64,000 bases of DNA from an uncultured virus (IMG/VR IMGVR_UViG_3300025417_000022) (IMGVR_UViG_3300025417_000022); one strand, 5' to 3'; shown: positions 31,207 through 41,153, counted from the first letter of the stretch. Translations and numbers: made by a program. The notes: generated by a model not told the origin, from the letters alone.

Positions 31207-31686
31207 TTATTCTAATGCGTTAAATACAGTGCACAAAATGGTATATGTATCTAACTGTGTGCTAACTTGTGGTTGCTCACTATATATCTCATATTCTCCG
31301 TAAGGATCATTAGCATTGACGTTTATCGCAGGTGTTACACTAGGTTGAGTGGTATTATTAGTGTTAATTACCTTACGTGCTTTTTCTAAAATAAGAACAA
31401 GTAGCTGATTTAACACAATATCAGAGTTAGCGCCATTAATAAACTCAGATATATCTGCTTTAGTAAACTTTGACTTAAGAACTTCAAAGGGATTAGCATA
31501 ATGACCGAAAATAAAGTGCGGGAGGTATTGATTAGCTAATGTAGCACAATCTTTAATTACATGAAATGCAGCTGCATTTTGTATTACAATGCCTGTCTCC
31601 GGCTTTTCACTCGCTTTTTTTGACGGTCCATACAGTTTAGCCTCTTTAATCTGGCTATTAGCGACGATTATATCAACGAATTTCAT
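31207..31686 (-). CDS. Hypothetical protein
   Basis: 159-aa ORF in the operon, overlapping the upstream stop region. Confidence 0.6.
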   Translation of the reverse strand: MKFVDIIVANSQIKEAKLYGPSKKASEKPETGIVIQNAAAFHVIKDCATLANQYLPHFIFGHYANPFEVLKSKFTKADISEFINGANSDIVLNQLLVLILEKARKVINTNNTTQPSVTPAINVNANDPYGEYEIYSEQPQVSTQLDTYTILCTVFNALE

Positions 31687-32119
31687 TTATAAGATTAATT
31701 AGCTGCGGTTTTGGTATTTGCACTACCTCAACACCATAAAATTTTAATATATCGAGTCCTGCAGTATCGGTTGAATAGTCTTCACTAAAGACAACTCTCT
31801 TTATATTGTAAGCGACAATTTGCTGCGCACAGGAAGAGCAAGGTTGCAGTGTTACGGCGATGGTTTTTGCATCGCCGATACCGAATCTTGCAAGAAGATT
31901 GGTTTCAGCATGTATCATATAAGGTCTTCTTTTATCTCTATCAGACCAAAACTCACTATCTACAGATTTACCTGGTGCTAGCCCATTATATGCAACGCCT
32001 AATACCCTATTATCATGACCTAAAGCACATGCTCCGACCTTTTTATACGGATCTTCGCTACGAAGTGTAGCAGCGAATGCAAGAATTAATGCATGCTCAT
32101 CCCAATTAACCCTTTGCAT
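31673..32119 (-). CDS. dCMP deaminase
   Basis: RSEDP..KVGA, YNG, HAE and PCSSC zinc-deaminase motifs. Confidence 0.92.
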   Translation of the reverse strand: MQRVNWDEHALILAFAATLRSEDPYKKVGACALGHDNRVLGVAYNGLAPGKSVDSEFWSDRDKRRPYMIHAETNLLARFGIGDAKTIAVTLQPCSSCAQQIVAYNIKRVVFSEDYSTDTAGLDILKFYGVEVVQIPKPQLINLINEIR

Positions 32120-32795
32120 AGTGTTCGAGCATTGCTACAACGTCGGTTTTCATGTAAATAGCTGGTATATACTTGAACTTCTTAAGTTCTCTGTCGTAAT
32201 AGAGAACACCTAACTGATTAAGACGTCTACCGGTTAGTGTTTGATACATATATGCATACAATGAAAGTTGTAAGCTGTATGTAGAATATTCACAAACTGA
32301 GAGATGATTGAGCGGGTACAGCATTTGCTCATTATACGCGCTAAAGTAATTGAACTTCTTATTTGTTTTAATGTCAAATACACTAAACCCTCCTCTTTCC
32401 TCATGTCTGATGATATCAGCGGTACCTGCGATCTTGCATTGATGAAGCCAAAGCCGCTGTTCATTTAACAGCTCGTCCTTATCTCTATTAATAATACCGA
32501 GCTCTATGTATGACTGAACAATATCAGTATGTTCATCAGGTAGAACACCGGTATTATTGAAGTCTTCTATAGCTTTATGTATCTGAGTGCCATATATTTG
32601 ACTATCTGTATTGAGTTTCTTCCACTCACCGAGAACCTGCTCAACGGTTTTACCCTCTCTTTTTGCTACGCGTTCAGCCGCAGTAGCTGAATCAAACGGC
32701 TTCTTGTATTTACCAAGAAGGGTAGTAGCAGATATATACTCCTCACCAGTAAACTGATTTTTATACTGATGTCTTACTGGATCAAAGATGATCAT
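32106..32795 (-). CDS. PD-(D/E)XK exonuclease (Cas4/RecB-like)
   Basis: SATTLL, GTQIH..IE, EQRL, IAGTADI, DIKT and LQLSLYAY. Confidence 0.85.
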   Translation of the reverse strand: MIIFDPVRHQYKNQFTGEEYISATTLLGKYKKPFDSATAAERVAKREGKTVEQVLGEWKKLNTDSQIYGTQIHKAIEDFNNTGVLPDEHTDIVQSYIELGIINRDKDELLNEQRLWLHQCKIAGTADIIRHEERGGFSVFDIKTNKKFNYFSAYNEQMLYPLNHLSVCEYSTYSLQLSLYAYMYQTLTGRRLNQLGVLYYDRELKKFKYIPAIYMKTDVVAMLEHYAKG

Positions 32796-32796
32796 A

Positions 32797-33036
32797 TTAA
32801 CTCACCCCATCTTCATCATAGTAAAGATCTTCATCATCAACAAATTCATCTTCAAAAATGTTATATGTAAGAGTTGTACCAGATTCCGCAGTACCTTTCT
32901 TTAAGGTATCAACGAGTGTACCTGCTTCTTGAAGTGAGAGGTAGAGAATACCGACGTCTTTATTATCGATACTCACCTGTACGTGTACTGAACCACTACC
33001 AGTGGTATAAGTCTTAGTAAGACTAATATTGTGCAT
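32797..33036 (-). CDS. Hypothetical protein with acidic C-terminus
   Basis: 79-aa ORF tightly packed in the operon. Confidence 0.6.
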   Translation of the reverse strand: MHNISLTKTYTTGSGSVHVQVSIDNKDVGILYLSLQEAGTLVDTLKKGTAESGTTLTYNIFEDEFVDDEDLYYDEDGVS

Positions 33037-33042
33037 AAATGT

Positions 33043-33219
33043 TTATTTCTTTTCTTCTGAGCTTTGTAATACCTTTATAAGCTTATCGTAAATCAAACCA
33101 ACAGCTGTTAGTTCTGCTGCTTTGAAAACACCGCGTTGTGAGCACGCATCGATGAGAGTAGCAAGTACCTTGAGATCACCAAGCGTAAGATTAGTAGAGA
33201 GTTCTTCTTCGTTGTTCAT
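33043..33219 (-). CDS. Small phage protein (58 aa, MNNEEELSTNLTLGDL...SQRGVFKAAEL..VG.IYDKL)
   Basis: Missed by the ORF track. L..L...ID....RG.FKA.EL..VG..Y.KL is a pattern seen in small T4-like phage proteins. Confidence 0.7.
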   Translation of the reverse strand: MNNEEELSTNLTLGDLKVLATLIDACSQRGVFKAAELTAVGLIYDKLIKVLQSSEEKK

Positions 33220-33232
33220 TGTTTAGTATATT

Positions 33233-33442
33233 TTATATGGCTTCCGCGAGAAAGCCATCCTTTAAGGTATACACCGGCATACCTTGACTATCAACGATTT
33301 TTGTAATCTCCTCGTTGATGGCATGGGTTTTGACCATAGCCTTTTTATGTGCGTCATGCGCCGTATCGGCGTTGACATTAATCTTGCGCACCTTTTTAGT
33401 AGTGCAATTTACGACGTAGGCGTTATAATGTTCGATATACAT
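33233..33442 (-). CDS. Hypothetical protein, first gene of a sigma70-type operon
   Basis: 69-aa ORF directly downstream of TTGATT-N17-TATTAT. Confidence 0.6.
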   Translation of the reverse strand: MYIEHYNAYVVNCTTKKVRKINVNADTAHDAHKKAMVKTHAINEEITKIVDSQGMPVYTLKDGFLAEAI

Positions 33443-33451
33443 AACACCGTA

Positions 33452-33480
33452 ATAATACGCTCGTGTTTCAAACTAATCAA
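33452..33480 (-). promoter_or_regulatory. sigma70-type promoter TTGATT-N17-TATTAT
   Basis: Near-consensus boxes with a 17-nt spacer. Confidence 0.65.
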
Positions 33481-33489
33481 CTCTAATCT

Positions 33490-33978
33490 ATGTATATTTT
33501 TAATATTTCAGCAACCGATGGTTCAAAAGCATGGCTTGAAGAGCATAAGATCGATCTCTGTGCGTTAAGCTCTGCTCTCTCACTCCTTGTTACCGAAATA
33601 CATCCAACTGTAAAGGTTATACCTAAGAATATAACACTTAGGGTAGTACCGAATAGCGATGCTAGTCATTATGCTTTTAAGACTAATAAAATTTCTCTAT
33701 GCGATGAGCCATACGATAGAAAATATGACAGCTTAGCAAAAAAACAGAAGGATATCTTCGATCACTTTTTACATGAATTCAGACATTGGATGCAATCACA
33801 GTTCTATAATATTGGTGTGAGAGAGATCAGCTACGACGATGACGATGTCATTAACAATACAAATAACTATTATAGAAATAAGCTAGAAATCGATGCACGA
33901 CAGTTTGTGCGTGCATATTTAACAAAATTTACCAAATATTACAAAACTTTTGTTAAGATCGGTCAACGAAGCTCTTAA
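33490..33978 (+). CDS. Putative zinc metallopeptidase (HExxH)
   Basis: FLHEFRHWMQ plus downstream YYRNKLEIDAR (third-ligand Glu pattern). Confidence 0.65.
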   Translation: MYIFNISATDGSKAWLEEHKIDLCALSSALSLLVTEIHPTVKVIPKNITLRVVPNSDASHYAFKTNKISLCDEPYDRKYDSLAKKQKDIFDHFLHEFRHWMQSQFYNIGVREISYDDDDVINNTNNYYRNKLEIDARQFVRAYLTKFTKYYKTFVKIGQRSS

Positions 33979-34288
33979 GAATGTAGCAAATACCAGGTAT
34001 TGTCGAGCAACATAGCAGAGGGAACATTAATGTCTCACAATTAAAAAGAAAAAGACTAATGCCACAGCAAAGAGAGAGCCAGAATGTAAAACAAATCCAA
34101 CAAGCTAGTAATTTGCCGAGTGTTTTATTTAAAAAAAGTAATTGGATTTCAAATTCTTCGTTAGTACACATATTCTTATCAAAGAAGATCTGCCCGAGAG
34201 TTGTTCTTAACGGGCTAAAGAACCAAATAACACTAGTATTAAAGACAAAAAGAATGCAGAATATGTAATCAGCTAATAATTTAAGCAT
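33953..34288 (-). CDS. Small membrane protein (DUF1360-like)
   Basis: Hydrophobic helices with LGKLLACWICFTFW (LxxLLxCxxCxxxW). Confidence 0.55.
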   Translation of the reverse strand: MLKLLADYIFCILFVFNTSVIWFFSPLRTTLGQIFFDKNMCTNEEFEIQLLFLNKTLGKLLACWICFTFWLSLCCGISLFLFNCETLMFPLLCCSTIPGICYILKSFVDRS

Positions 34289-34526
34289 TTCTGTTTAGCC
34301 TCCTTAATTCCTCATCAACGTTTTTATCTATAGTGCTTTTTATATGACTCTCCCATACCTGATTCATATATTTGACCTTTATATTATTGGTCTGACAGGA
34401 CTTACATCCGCTCCCGAGCTTTTTTAATTCTTCATTATACTTACTACGCAGTTGCTCACAAAACGGTACACTTTCCGGACATGGCTTACTAAAATCAAAA
34501 AATTCTGCGATAATTTCGTTGATCAT
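34281..34526 (-). CDS. Small Cys-containing protein
   Basis: CPESVPFC and GCKSC; TAAGTA-N5-ATG upstream. Confidence 0.65.
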   Translation of the reverse strand: MINEIIAEFFDFSKPCPESVPFCEQLRSKYNEELKKLGSGCKSCQTNNIKVKYMNQVWESHIKSTIDKNVDEELRRLNRNA

Positions 34527-34534
34527 AATAATAC

Positions 34535-35380
34535 TTACGGCATTAGCAAATATTTGTCAACTATTTCCTTGTACTTGTTAATAACCAATTCATTCTCTGA
34601 CCATGATTCAGAAAAATGATATATTTTCGGTGAGTCGCACAAATATAAATGAGTAATAGGTACATTCCAGCTTCTATCTAGTTGATCTCTGTTTTGTATA
34701 GCTAGACAAATTGCACTCTGTATAAGTTCAGCAAACGGCAGCATATCATCATCATTGTCAGCTAAATAGGTTGTCAGTTTTTCTTTAATAAACGGTGTTA
34801 CTGTTTTTTGAAACTCTTTTACGTTGAATACAGATACAGATGGGTTGAAGGCTGTATGTGTTTCAGTATCATCCCAATCGTCACAAGCTGCAACAACAAC
34901 ATTCGATACATCGACATTAAAGAGGGAATCTATATCATCAACAATTATAGTATCTGTATCTAGGAGGATTATTTTCTTGTGTTTTGTAAACATCAAAAAA
35001 AGCATAGGGTATGAAATTATAAGCTTACTTCTTGCAAAAGGATTATTCTTTCGACCTTCACCTACTACCTTTAAATCATCATATATATTAAATTTATAAA
35101 ACCTCCTCGTCAATAGAGCCGCTAGTTCATTATCAATGCCGTTCTGCATTAAAAATTGCTTTGTAATAAACATTACTTCATATGTGAAATTGGTATATAC
35201 AGATTTAAGGTTGTCGAGCTCTGAAAGATCTAATAAACTATCATTGGTAAGAATATAAAAAATAATATTTCGTTTACCTTTATAGAACTTAAGAACAGAA
35301 TGGATAGAGTTTATTAGAAATTTCTGATATTTACTATCTGCTCTATAGCATATAGGAATTGCATCATCTATTAAACTCAT
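34535..35380 (-). CDS. Glycosyltransferase family 8-like
   Basis: IPICY..D..Y, SIHSVL, KIILLDTDTII..DI..LF, WNVP and PKIYHF. Start moved to MSLIDDAIPI. Confidence 0.8.
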   Translation of the reverse strand: MSLIDDAIPICYRADSKYQKFLINSIHSVLKFYKGKRNIIFYILTNDSLLDLSELDNLKSVYTNFTYEVMFITKQFLMQNGIDNELAALLTRRFYKFNIYDDLKVVGEGRKNNPFARSKLIISYPMLFLMFTKHKKIILLDTDTIIVDDIDSLFNVDVSNVVVAACDDWDDTETHTAFNPSVSVFNVKEFQKTVTPFIKEKLTTYLADNDDDMLPFAELIQSAICLAIQNRDQLDRSWNVPITHLYLCDSPKIYHFSESWSENELVINKYKEIVDKYLLMP

Positions 35381-35861
35381 AATAAGTGTATATAGGCTTA
35401 AAATTGACACCGTGTTCGGCACAGAGCATGCTCTTTCGATTATTAGAATTAATTTTTGCAGTTATCTTTTTAATTTCCGGATGCCTTTCAAGCAAAAGAC
35501 GTAACGATATCTCAGCGTAAAATATCCACATCTTCATTGCACCGCTATGCCCGGCTGTATCCTCCTCGCTGAACGTATGCCTATTAGACTTGTAGACTCT
35601 TGCTGCTTTTTTGTAATTAACAAAATAACCATATTCATTATCTTTATTTTTTATATAAATGTACCCCAAAAGCATATTGTCATGTTCAATAAAATAAAAA
35701 TGCTTAAACGTATCGCCACTCAGCGTTGCAACGTGTTGCTCTACAGTCGGTACTTGTATATCGTATATATTAATATGATCATTTTTAAATCTCTGTAGAA
35801 GTATTTCGTAAGTAATATCAATATGCTCTTTGTTGTTAACATCTAAGGGTATAAGTTGCAT
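35364..35861 (-). CDS. GNAT-like N-acyltransferase
   Basis: FYFIE....LGYIYI..NEYGYFV and ITAKINSNNRKS, a RimJ/PseH-like GNAT pattern. Confidence 0.6.
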   Translation of the reverse strand: MQLIPLDVNNKEHIDITYEILLQRFKNDHINIYDIQVPTVEQHVATLSGDTFKHFYFIEHDNMLLGYIYIKNKDNEYGYFVNYKKAARVYKSNRHTFSEEDTAGHSGAMKMWIFYAEISLRLLLERHPEIKKITAKINSNNRKSMLCAEHGVNFKPIYTYYEFNR

Positions 35862-35889
35862 AAAAAATAATTTCCGTTATTATAAGATT

Positions 35890-36504
35890 GTGATAGAAGA
35901 AAATCTACTTAATGAGTATAAAAAAGTCGAAAATTTCGAACAGTTGCTATCTCTTTATACCGGTGCACCTTACGCAATCAGTGTCGACTGTTGTACTAAT
36001 GCTCTATTGCTTTGTTTTTTATATTCATCTGAAAAGAAGATAATTCTACCGAAGAATACATATGTCGGTGTAGCAATGTCAGCGTTGCACGCTGGTAAAG
36101 AAATAATCTTTAAAGATATAGATTGGACTGGACAATATAATATTGCACCGACAAATATCTATGATGCAGCAAAACGATTTACTGCTGATATGTACGTGCC
36201 TGGCGCGCATATGTGTCTGTCATTTCACTATAAAAAACATCTCAAGATAGGTAGAGGTGGCGCTATATTGACAGATAGCAAAGAAGCAGCAGATTGGTTC
36301 AAGTTAGTACGCAACAGCGGCAGACATATCGATCAAACGTTAACCGAACAACTGTTTACAGTCAGAGGATACAATATGCTTTTTCATCCAGACCTAGCAT
36401 TAAAGGGTATAGATCTATTGAAATCATTACCTGCATATAATGATGATCTACCATATGAATTTTATGGTGATTTAGAAAAGCAAATGGCTACTATTTTAAA
36501 TTAA
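35890..36504 (+). CDS. Short DegT/DnrJ/EryC1 PLP-dependent sugar aminotransferase
   Basis: FEQ.L..Y.GAPYAISVDCCTNAL, DAA and SFHYKKHL..GRGGAIL. GTG start lies 6 nt after TTGCAT-N16-TATTAT. Confidence 0.8.
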   Translation: MIEENLLNEYKKVENFEQLLSLYTGAPYAISVDCCTNALLLCFLYSSEKKIILPKNTYVGVAMSALHAGKEIIFKDIDWTGQYNIAPTNIYDAAKRFTADMYVPGAHMCLSFHYKKHLKIGRGGAILTDSKEAADWFKLVRNSGRHIDQTLTEQLFTVRGYNMLFHPDLALKGIDLLKSLPAYNDDLPYEFYGDLEKQMATILN

Positions 36505-37257
36505 GCCATTAATAGCTAAAAGATTGTAATAGATCGAGAGAGGCTTTGGCTTATCCCAATCATATAACTCTCTATACTGCCATCTTCCATAAGAAGCTTC
36601 CTTGCACCAGTGATGTACGTATTTTGGTAATACCTGTTTGTCTGTCAACCATCTACCGTTTTTAGCTTTATACATTACATCAGGATCATCCTGTCCAAAA
36701 TAATTTACAGGTACAATATACTGCTGTAAATTATGCTTTTCAACCATCGTATTGAATATCTTTACAGGTAAGACCCATGAATTATTATCTTTATCAATCT
36801 GCTTTTCTGTTTCATCGATACAGGACTTAAGAAAGTCGCATCCAGCAGGGGCTTTCAATAGATTACCAACAGTCTTACATCCGATATGTGGTTTGATGAT
36901 ATAGTCAAACTCGTCAAAATTAAACGGTGTTAAGCTTACCGAATCCATATCTATATATGTACCACCGAATTTGTACAACAAATGATATCTAAAAATATCT
37001 GAAAACCCACCGAGACTACCAGCCCTACAATCACCTTTGCCAGTATAGAAGAATATCTTATCCTGCGGAATAACTTCGTTAGCATCGCGTATCTCTACAC
37101 CATGAGGTCTATCAATATCTATCCTATTATCATATCTCCAGAGATTGACCTTGTATCCGTTATTAATAAAACTCTTAAGTGTGAGTAACTCAACAAGGGA
37201 TAATTTATTACCGTGCCAAAAGCATTGTATTTGGTTGTTCCAATACTCTATTGTCAT
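36496..37257 (-). CDS. Glycosyltransferase, DXD sugar-binding (GT32/alpha-1,4-GT-like)
   Basis: FWHG..LS..E.L.LKSF, DANEVIP and FSDIFRY.LLYKFGGTYIDMD. Confidence 0.88.
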   Translation of the reverse strand: MTIEYWNNQIQCFWHGNKLSLVELLTLKSFINNGYKVNLWRYDNRIDIDRPHGVEIRDANEVIPQDKIFFYTGKGDCRAGSLGGFSDIFRYHLLYKFGGTYIDMDSVSLTPFNFDEFDYIIKPHIGCKTVGNLLKAPAGCDFLKSCIDETEKQIDKDNNSWVLPVKIFNTMVEKHNLQQYIVPVNYFGQDDPDVMYKAKNGRWLTDKQVLPKYVHHWCKEASYGRWQYRELYDWDKPKPLSIYYNLLAINGLI

Positions 37258-38573
37258 AAAATTAATATATCGTCAGGTTTTGGGTATAGTTCAAGCGGCC
37301 AGAAAGACATAATATCAACTAATCTATCTAGACTGTTTAATCTATCACGATACTTCTCAATATTTTTTACTTCCTCAATAGTTGACATTAGTTGTGATTT
37401 CTCTTCGTCAGAGAGAGCTGAACTCATACTTTCGAATTCTTGTAATAGCGTCTCGTATCTCTCCTTAGCTTTACTTTCAATCTTCTTAATCATTAGCTCA
37501 CGCCATGCATCTGCGTACTTCTCAAGTGTGTAAATAATTGAATTAAAGAAATCATATTCTCTACGATATATTTCATCGAGATCAAACGTAACATTATTTT
37601 TAATAAATTGTTTAATAACATTATTTTCAAGTTCCGTGAATGGTCTTATATAAGCATGAAATTCTTCTACAGCAAATAACTCTGGCCAAAAACGCAGATA
37701 TAATCTGTAATCGTTATATAATGACAATTCACTCTCAAAAGAAATATTTGCAAGCTTTTCGATTAATTGATCGTATTGTGCTGTTAATAACTGGCGCATA
37801 TCTTCACCTTCTTCAACAGTATCTAAACTATCTCTTTCCTGTGTATAAGAGACAAGCAATTCTTGCTGTCTTTGCTTTAAAACCTCTATCCATTTTTCTT
37901 TTGAGAAAATAGTTTTATCGATAAGTTGTGGTAAGATAGACTTTATTTCATCTTTTGTTTTACCAGCGCATTTTAAGATGGCAGGCAAGAAATACATTGT
38001 TTTATGTAATTCAAGTATCTTCTCACCTTTGTAGACATTACTATCGAAATTAAACATATAGTAATCATCAAAAAAGCTAAATAGCGGATCATCACCTGCT
38101 ACAATATTATATTCTGTTTTAAAAAAGTATTTAAGATTGAAAAAATCAACGTTATGTTGTTTCAGTTTTTCGTTGCCTTGATATTCTCCGTTATTTTTCT
38201 CTCGCTTTACACGTTCAAGAAAATTTTCTTTTTGAAACTCACGAACCATATCCTCATTTAAAAAACCTTTAAAAGCAGGATTAAGATACATGGGTGGAGA
38301 TATTTCTTGCGGTATACCGTAATAATATATTTCACTGACATTTCTAACATCGAGTGTAACAATCTTATCATAACGAATTTCAAACGCTTCTATTAATAAT
38401 TGTTCCTTATTTACAGAATAAGGAACCTGTGAAAACCCATCGTTAAAAAATGATATAACTTGAGGATTTCTTGTTACAAGGAAATAATCTTTACCGTTGT
38501 CAGTTTTAACACTAACAAAAATTGCAATCTTCTCAAGAGCAATCTTTATATCATTGTAAAAATTTTCTATCAT
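37254..38573 (-). CDS. Hypothetical protein with two tandem C-terminal helical units ending in FWP (fibre-assembly-like)
   Basis: 439-aa ORF directly downstream of tail fibre genes; duplicated W..(helix)..FWP unit. Confidence 0.5.
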   Translation of the reverse strand: MIENFYNDIKIALEKIAIFVSVKTDNGKDYFLVTRNPQVISFFNDGFSQVPYSVNKEQLLIEAFEIRYDKIVTLDVRNVSEIYYYGIPQEISPPMYLNPAFKGFLNEDMVREFQKENFLERVKREKNNGEYQGNEKLKQHNVDFFNLKYFFKTEYNIVAGDDPLFSFFDDYYMFNFDSNVYKGEKILELHKTMYFLPAILKCAGKTKDEIKSILPQLIDKTIFSKEKWIEVLKQRQQELLVSYTQERDSLDTVEEGEDMRQLLTAQYDQLIEKLANISFESELSLYNDYRLYLRFWPELFAVEEFHAYIRPFTELENNVIKQFIKNNVTFDLDEIYRREYDFFNSIIYTLEKYADAWRELMIKKIESKAKERYETLLQEFESMSSALSDEEKSQLMSTIEEVKNIEKYRDRLNSLDRLVDIMSFWPLELYPKPDDILIL

Positions 38574-38610
38574 AATACATGAATAACTTATCTACCTACA
38601 ACGGATAATG

Positions 38611-39189
38611 CTAGTACGGGTAGGCGTGTTGTGTTATTAAATCTTCTGCTGTTCCGCAGTTATAATAATCTTTGACATATATATTATATGTACCAACATC
38701 TACGGGTTGATTGATTGATCCACCGGGTCCGATGCCTACCCAGCTTCCACCAGGTGACGATCCGACCGCGGCTATCATAAAGAATGATTGTTGAGAACCA
38801 GCATATTCGCCACCGATAGAAATATTGAATAGACCTGAACCATGTACACCTGTACCGACAGATACAACATTAGCATACGGTAAGTTATTATAAGCGCCTT
38901 TAAATTCTGATAAACGGTGAGGGGCCCAGTTATGTGGACCAGGCCCGGTATATGACCAAGCTGTACTATTTCTTGTTGACGAACCTTGTCCGGGTGAGTT
39001 TTTTGCAAGCAAGCCAGTAGTTTCATTAAGAATTTCATTAGGCATACATACTCTACTAGCAGCAACGTTTGCAGGACTACCGCCCATAGCCTGTTGCTCT
39101 CTGTTTGCTAAAGATGAAGCACCTGAAAAGAGAGGACTACCTAAACTATTAACGTTACCGATACTAATTCTATCTGTAGGGAGTGCCAT
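38611..39189 (-). CDS. Small fibre-associated protein
   Basis: MALP...ISI and LSEFKG motifs, common in genes following S74-type fibres; Gly/Ser-rich. Confidence 0.5.
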   Translation of the reverse strand: MALPTDRISIGNVNSLGSPLFSGASSLANREQQAMGGSPANVAASRVCMPNEILNETTGLLAKNSPGQGSSTRNSTAWSYTGPGPHNWAPHRLSEFKGAYNNLPYANVVSVGTGVHGSGLFNISIGGEYAGSQQSFFMIAAVGSSPGGSWVGIGPGGSINQPVDVGTYNIYVKDYYNCGTAEDLITQHAYPY

Positions 39190-39195
39190 ATGATA

Positions 39196-41151
39196 TTATT
39201 TGATTTGAGCTTTTAGTTCTTTAATTGCCTCAATTAACAGGGGAATAATCTTCTCATATTTAACAGCCTTGTAGCCATCTTCACGGGTTGTAACAGCTTC
39301 TGGTAAGATTGCTTCAATTTCTTGTGCAATAACACCGATGTCGTGTCCGCTATAAACAGATTGCTTTTCTGTATCCCAATCGAACTCAACACCGTTAATT
39401 TTTTCAATCTTATCTAATGCTGTAGCAATAGGTGTTATGTCTTTCTTTAATGCTCTATCAGATGATGAGAACGCAACGACGTCGCCAATAGCATAAATGT
39501 TACCACCGGTAGATATATCACTTGATGCATATAATGCACCACCGATACCGCAAGTGCCTTGTACGTGTAATTTATAAGACGGGTTATAGATACCTAAACC
39601 GAGGTTACCGGAGCTATCCATACGCATGCCTTTAGCTGCGTTATTACTCCACTGCCCGATGACAAGACCACCAGCAGTATCGGCGCCACCACCGTTGTAG
39701 AATATTATTGCTTGATCGCTTGTCTGTACAAGAGGGTTATAAGACCCAGCAACAGCTTCTGGTACGAGGGAAAGACCTGCCTGATCACCATTAGAGTTAA
39801 CAGCTAATCCAATAGCTGAACTACTTCTTGCAGTACCATTAATGGTAACAAATCTACCAATACTGTTATTATTTCTTGAAGCAATCGTTGCAGTGTTGAT
39901 AATACTTGTAATATTACCGGTAGCGTTTAACGCAATACCGCCTGAACCTGTATTAACTACAAAAGCATCATTTGTTTCATTCGGCCAGGCATCACCAAAG
40001 ATTGCAGTGCCTGAAACCATAAACCTTGCATTAGTTGTTGAACCGAGGGTATCGGTACTAACGTTAATGCCTACAAATGGACCGTCACGGACAATGAGAG
40101 CTGGTCGACCTTGTGTCTGTGTTGTTAAGCCGTTAAACTCTGCAATAATCTGATCTGGTGAATTATATAACTGACCTACAATTAACGCAGGGACGCTGTT
40201 ATTAGATGTGATAACACTTAATGCACTTGTTGTTGTGACATTTGTTTCAATATATGAGAGGTTACCTAAAACAGAAAGACTGCCGTATATTGTTGCATCA
40301 TTATTGAAATATACAGGTGCTCTAAATCTTGCTAAACCATCGACATCAAAATTAGGTACGCTGTATGTACCAGTAACTGGTGTTGAGAATGTAAACTTAC
40401 TACCTGTTGTATTGTTATAACTCCAAACGGTTGAAGACGTATTTTGTGTGCTTATTGAAAAGCTACCTGAAGAGCTAATATTCTTTATAACAAAATTACC
40501 TCTTGTTGCAACAATGGATGTATTGCCGTTTGCGTCATTAGCCCAGAGTTGTAATTGGTTTGGATTTGCACCACTATCGTTAATAAAGATATTCTTATCG
40601 ACGTTAACAGTAGCACTTAAGTTATTTGTTACCGTCTTAGCATTTATATTACCAAAATAAAAACTTGTATAAGGAGCACTTAGTGAGAGGTAATTTGAAT
40701 TTAAATCAATTAACCCCGGTGTATGCGTAAGTGTATTAGGGTTCGGTCCAGAGCCGTACGGTACATAAGAGAATGGTGGAGGAAAAATAGCCTGATTAAT
40801 ATCAACCGCACCATTTGCATCGTATTGCAAGGAACTACCTAATAATGGGTGCACAGATGTCCAATTACCTGTCTCACTATTAAGCGCGTAGAGAATGTTG
40901 TTCGATGTCTGGTAGAGCATGTCTCCAGGCTGGGCAACAGAATTATACGCCGAGCGGTTTGCTACAAATCCGTGAAAGATGTTACTTACCGGTACACCAC
41001 CGAGTGATACACCATCGCCAATAAACAAGCGACTTATATCCTGGGAATAACCAAGCTCACCATTGGATAAGAGAGTAAGCTTTCTGTCATATTCCTGGCC
41101 ACGCCTTACAAGAATTTTTACTAATGTATCGGATGTAATTTGAATGGCCAT
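39196..41151 (-). CDS. Tail fibre with Mtd-N-like anchor and C-terminal S74 intramolecular chaperone
   Basis: ILVRRG..GELGY..RLFIGDG at the N-terminus; SSDRALKKDI..W..DIGVIAQEIE..PEAV..V.YEKIIPLLIEAIKEL at the C-terminus. Confidence 0.9.
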   Translation of the reverse strand: MAIQITSDTLVKILVRRGQEYDRKLTLLSNGELGYSQDISRLFIGDGVSLGGVPVSNIFHGFVANRSAYNSVAQPGDMLYQTSNNILYALNSETGNWTSVHPLLGSSLQYDANGAVDINQAIFPPPFSYVPYGSGPNPNTLTHTPGLIDLNSNYLSLSAPYTSFYFGNINAKTVTNNLSATVNVDKNIFINDSGANPNQLQLWANDANGNTSIVATRGNFVIKNISSSGSFSISTQNTSSTVWSYNNTTGSKFTFSTPVTGTYSVPNFDVDGLARFRAPVYFNNDATIYGSLSVLGNLSYIETNVTTTSALSVITSNNSVPALIVGQLYNSPDQIIAEFNGLTTQTQGRPALIVRDGPFVGINVSTDTLGSTTNARFMVSGTAIFGDAWPNETNDAFVVNTGSGGIALNATGNITSIINTATIASRNNNSIGRFVTINGTARSSSAIGLAVNSNGDQAGLSLVPEAVAGSYNPLVQTSDQAIIFYNGGGADTAGGLVIGQWSNNAAKGMRMDSSGNLGLGIYNPSYKLHVQGTCGIGGALYASSDISTGGNIYAIGDVVAFSSSDRALKKDITPIATALDKIEKINGVEFDWDTEKQSVYSGHDIGVIAQEIEAILPEAVTTREDGYKAVKYEKIIPLLIEAIKELKAQIK

Positions 41152-41153
41152 AA

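Noticed and set aside
32106..32795. Cas4-like nuclease as part of a CRISPR system
   Set aside because: No repeat-spacer array or other cas genes were seen, and the Cas4 Fe-S cysteine set is not evident.
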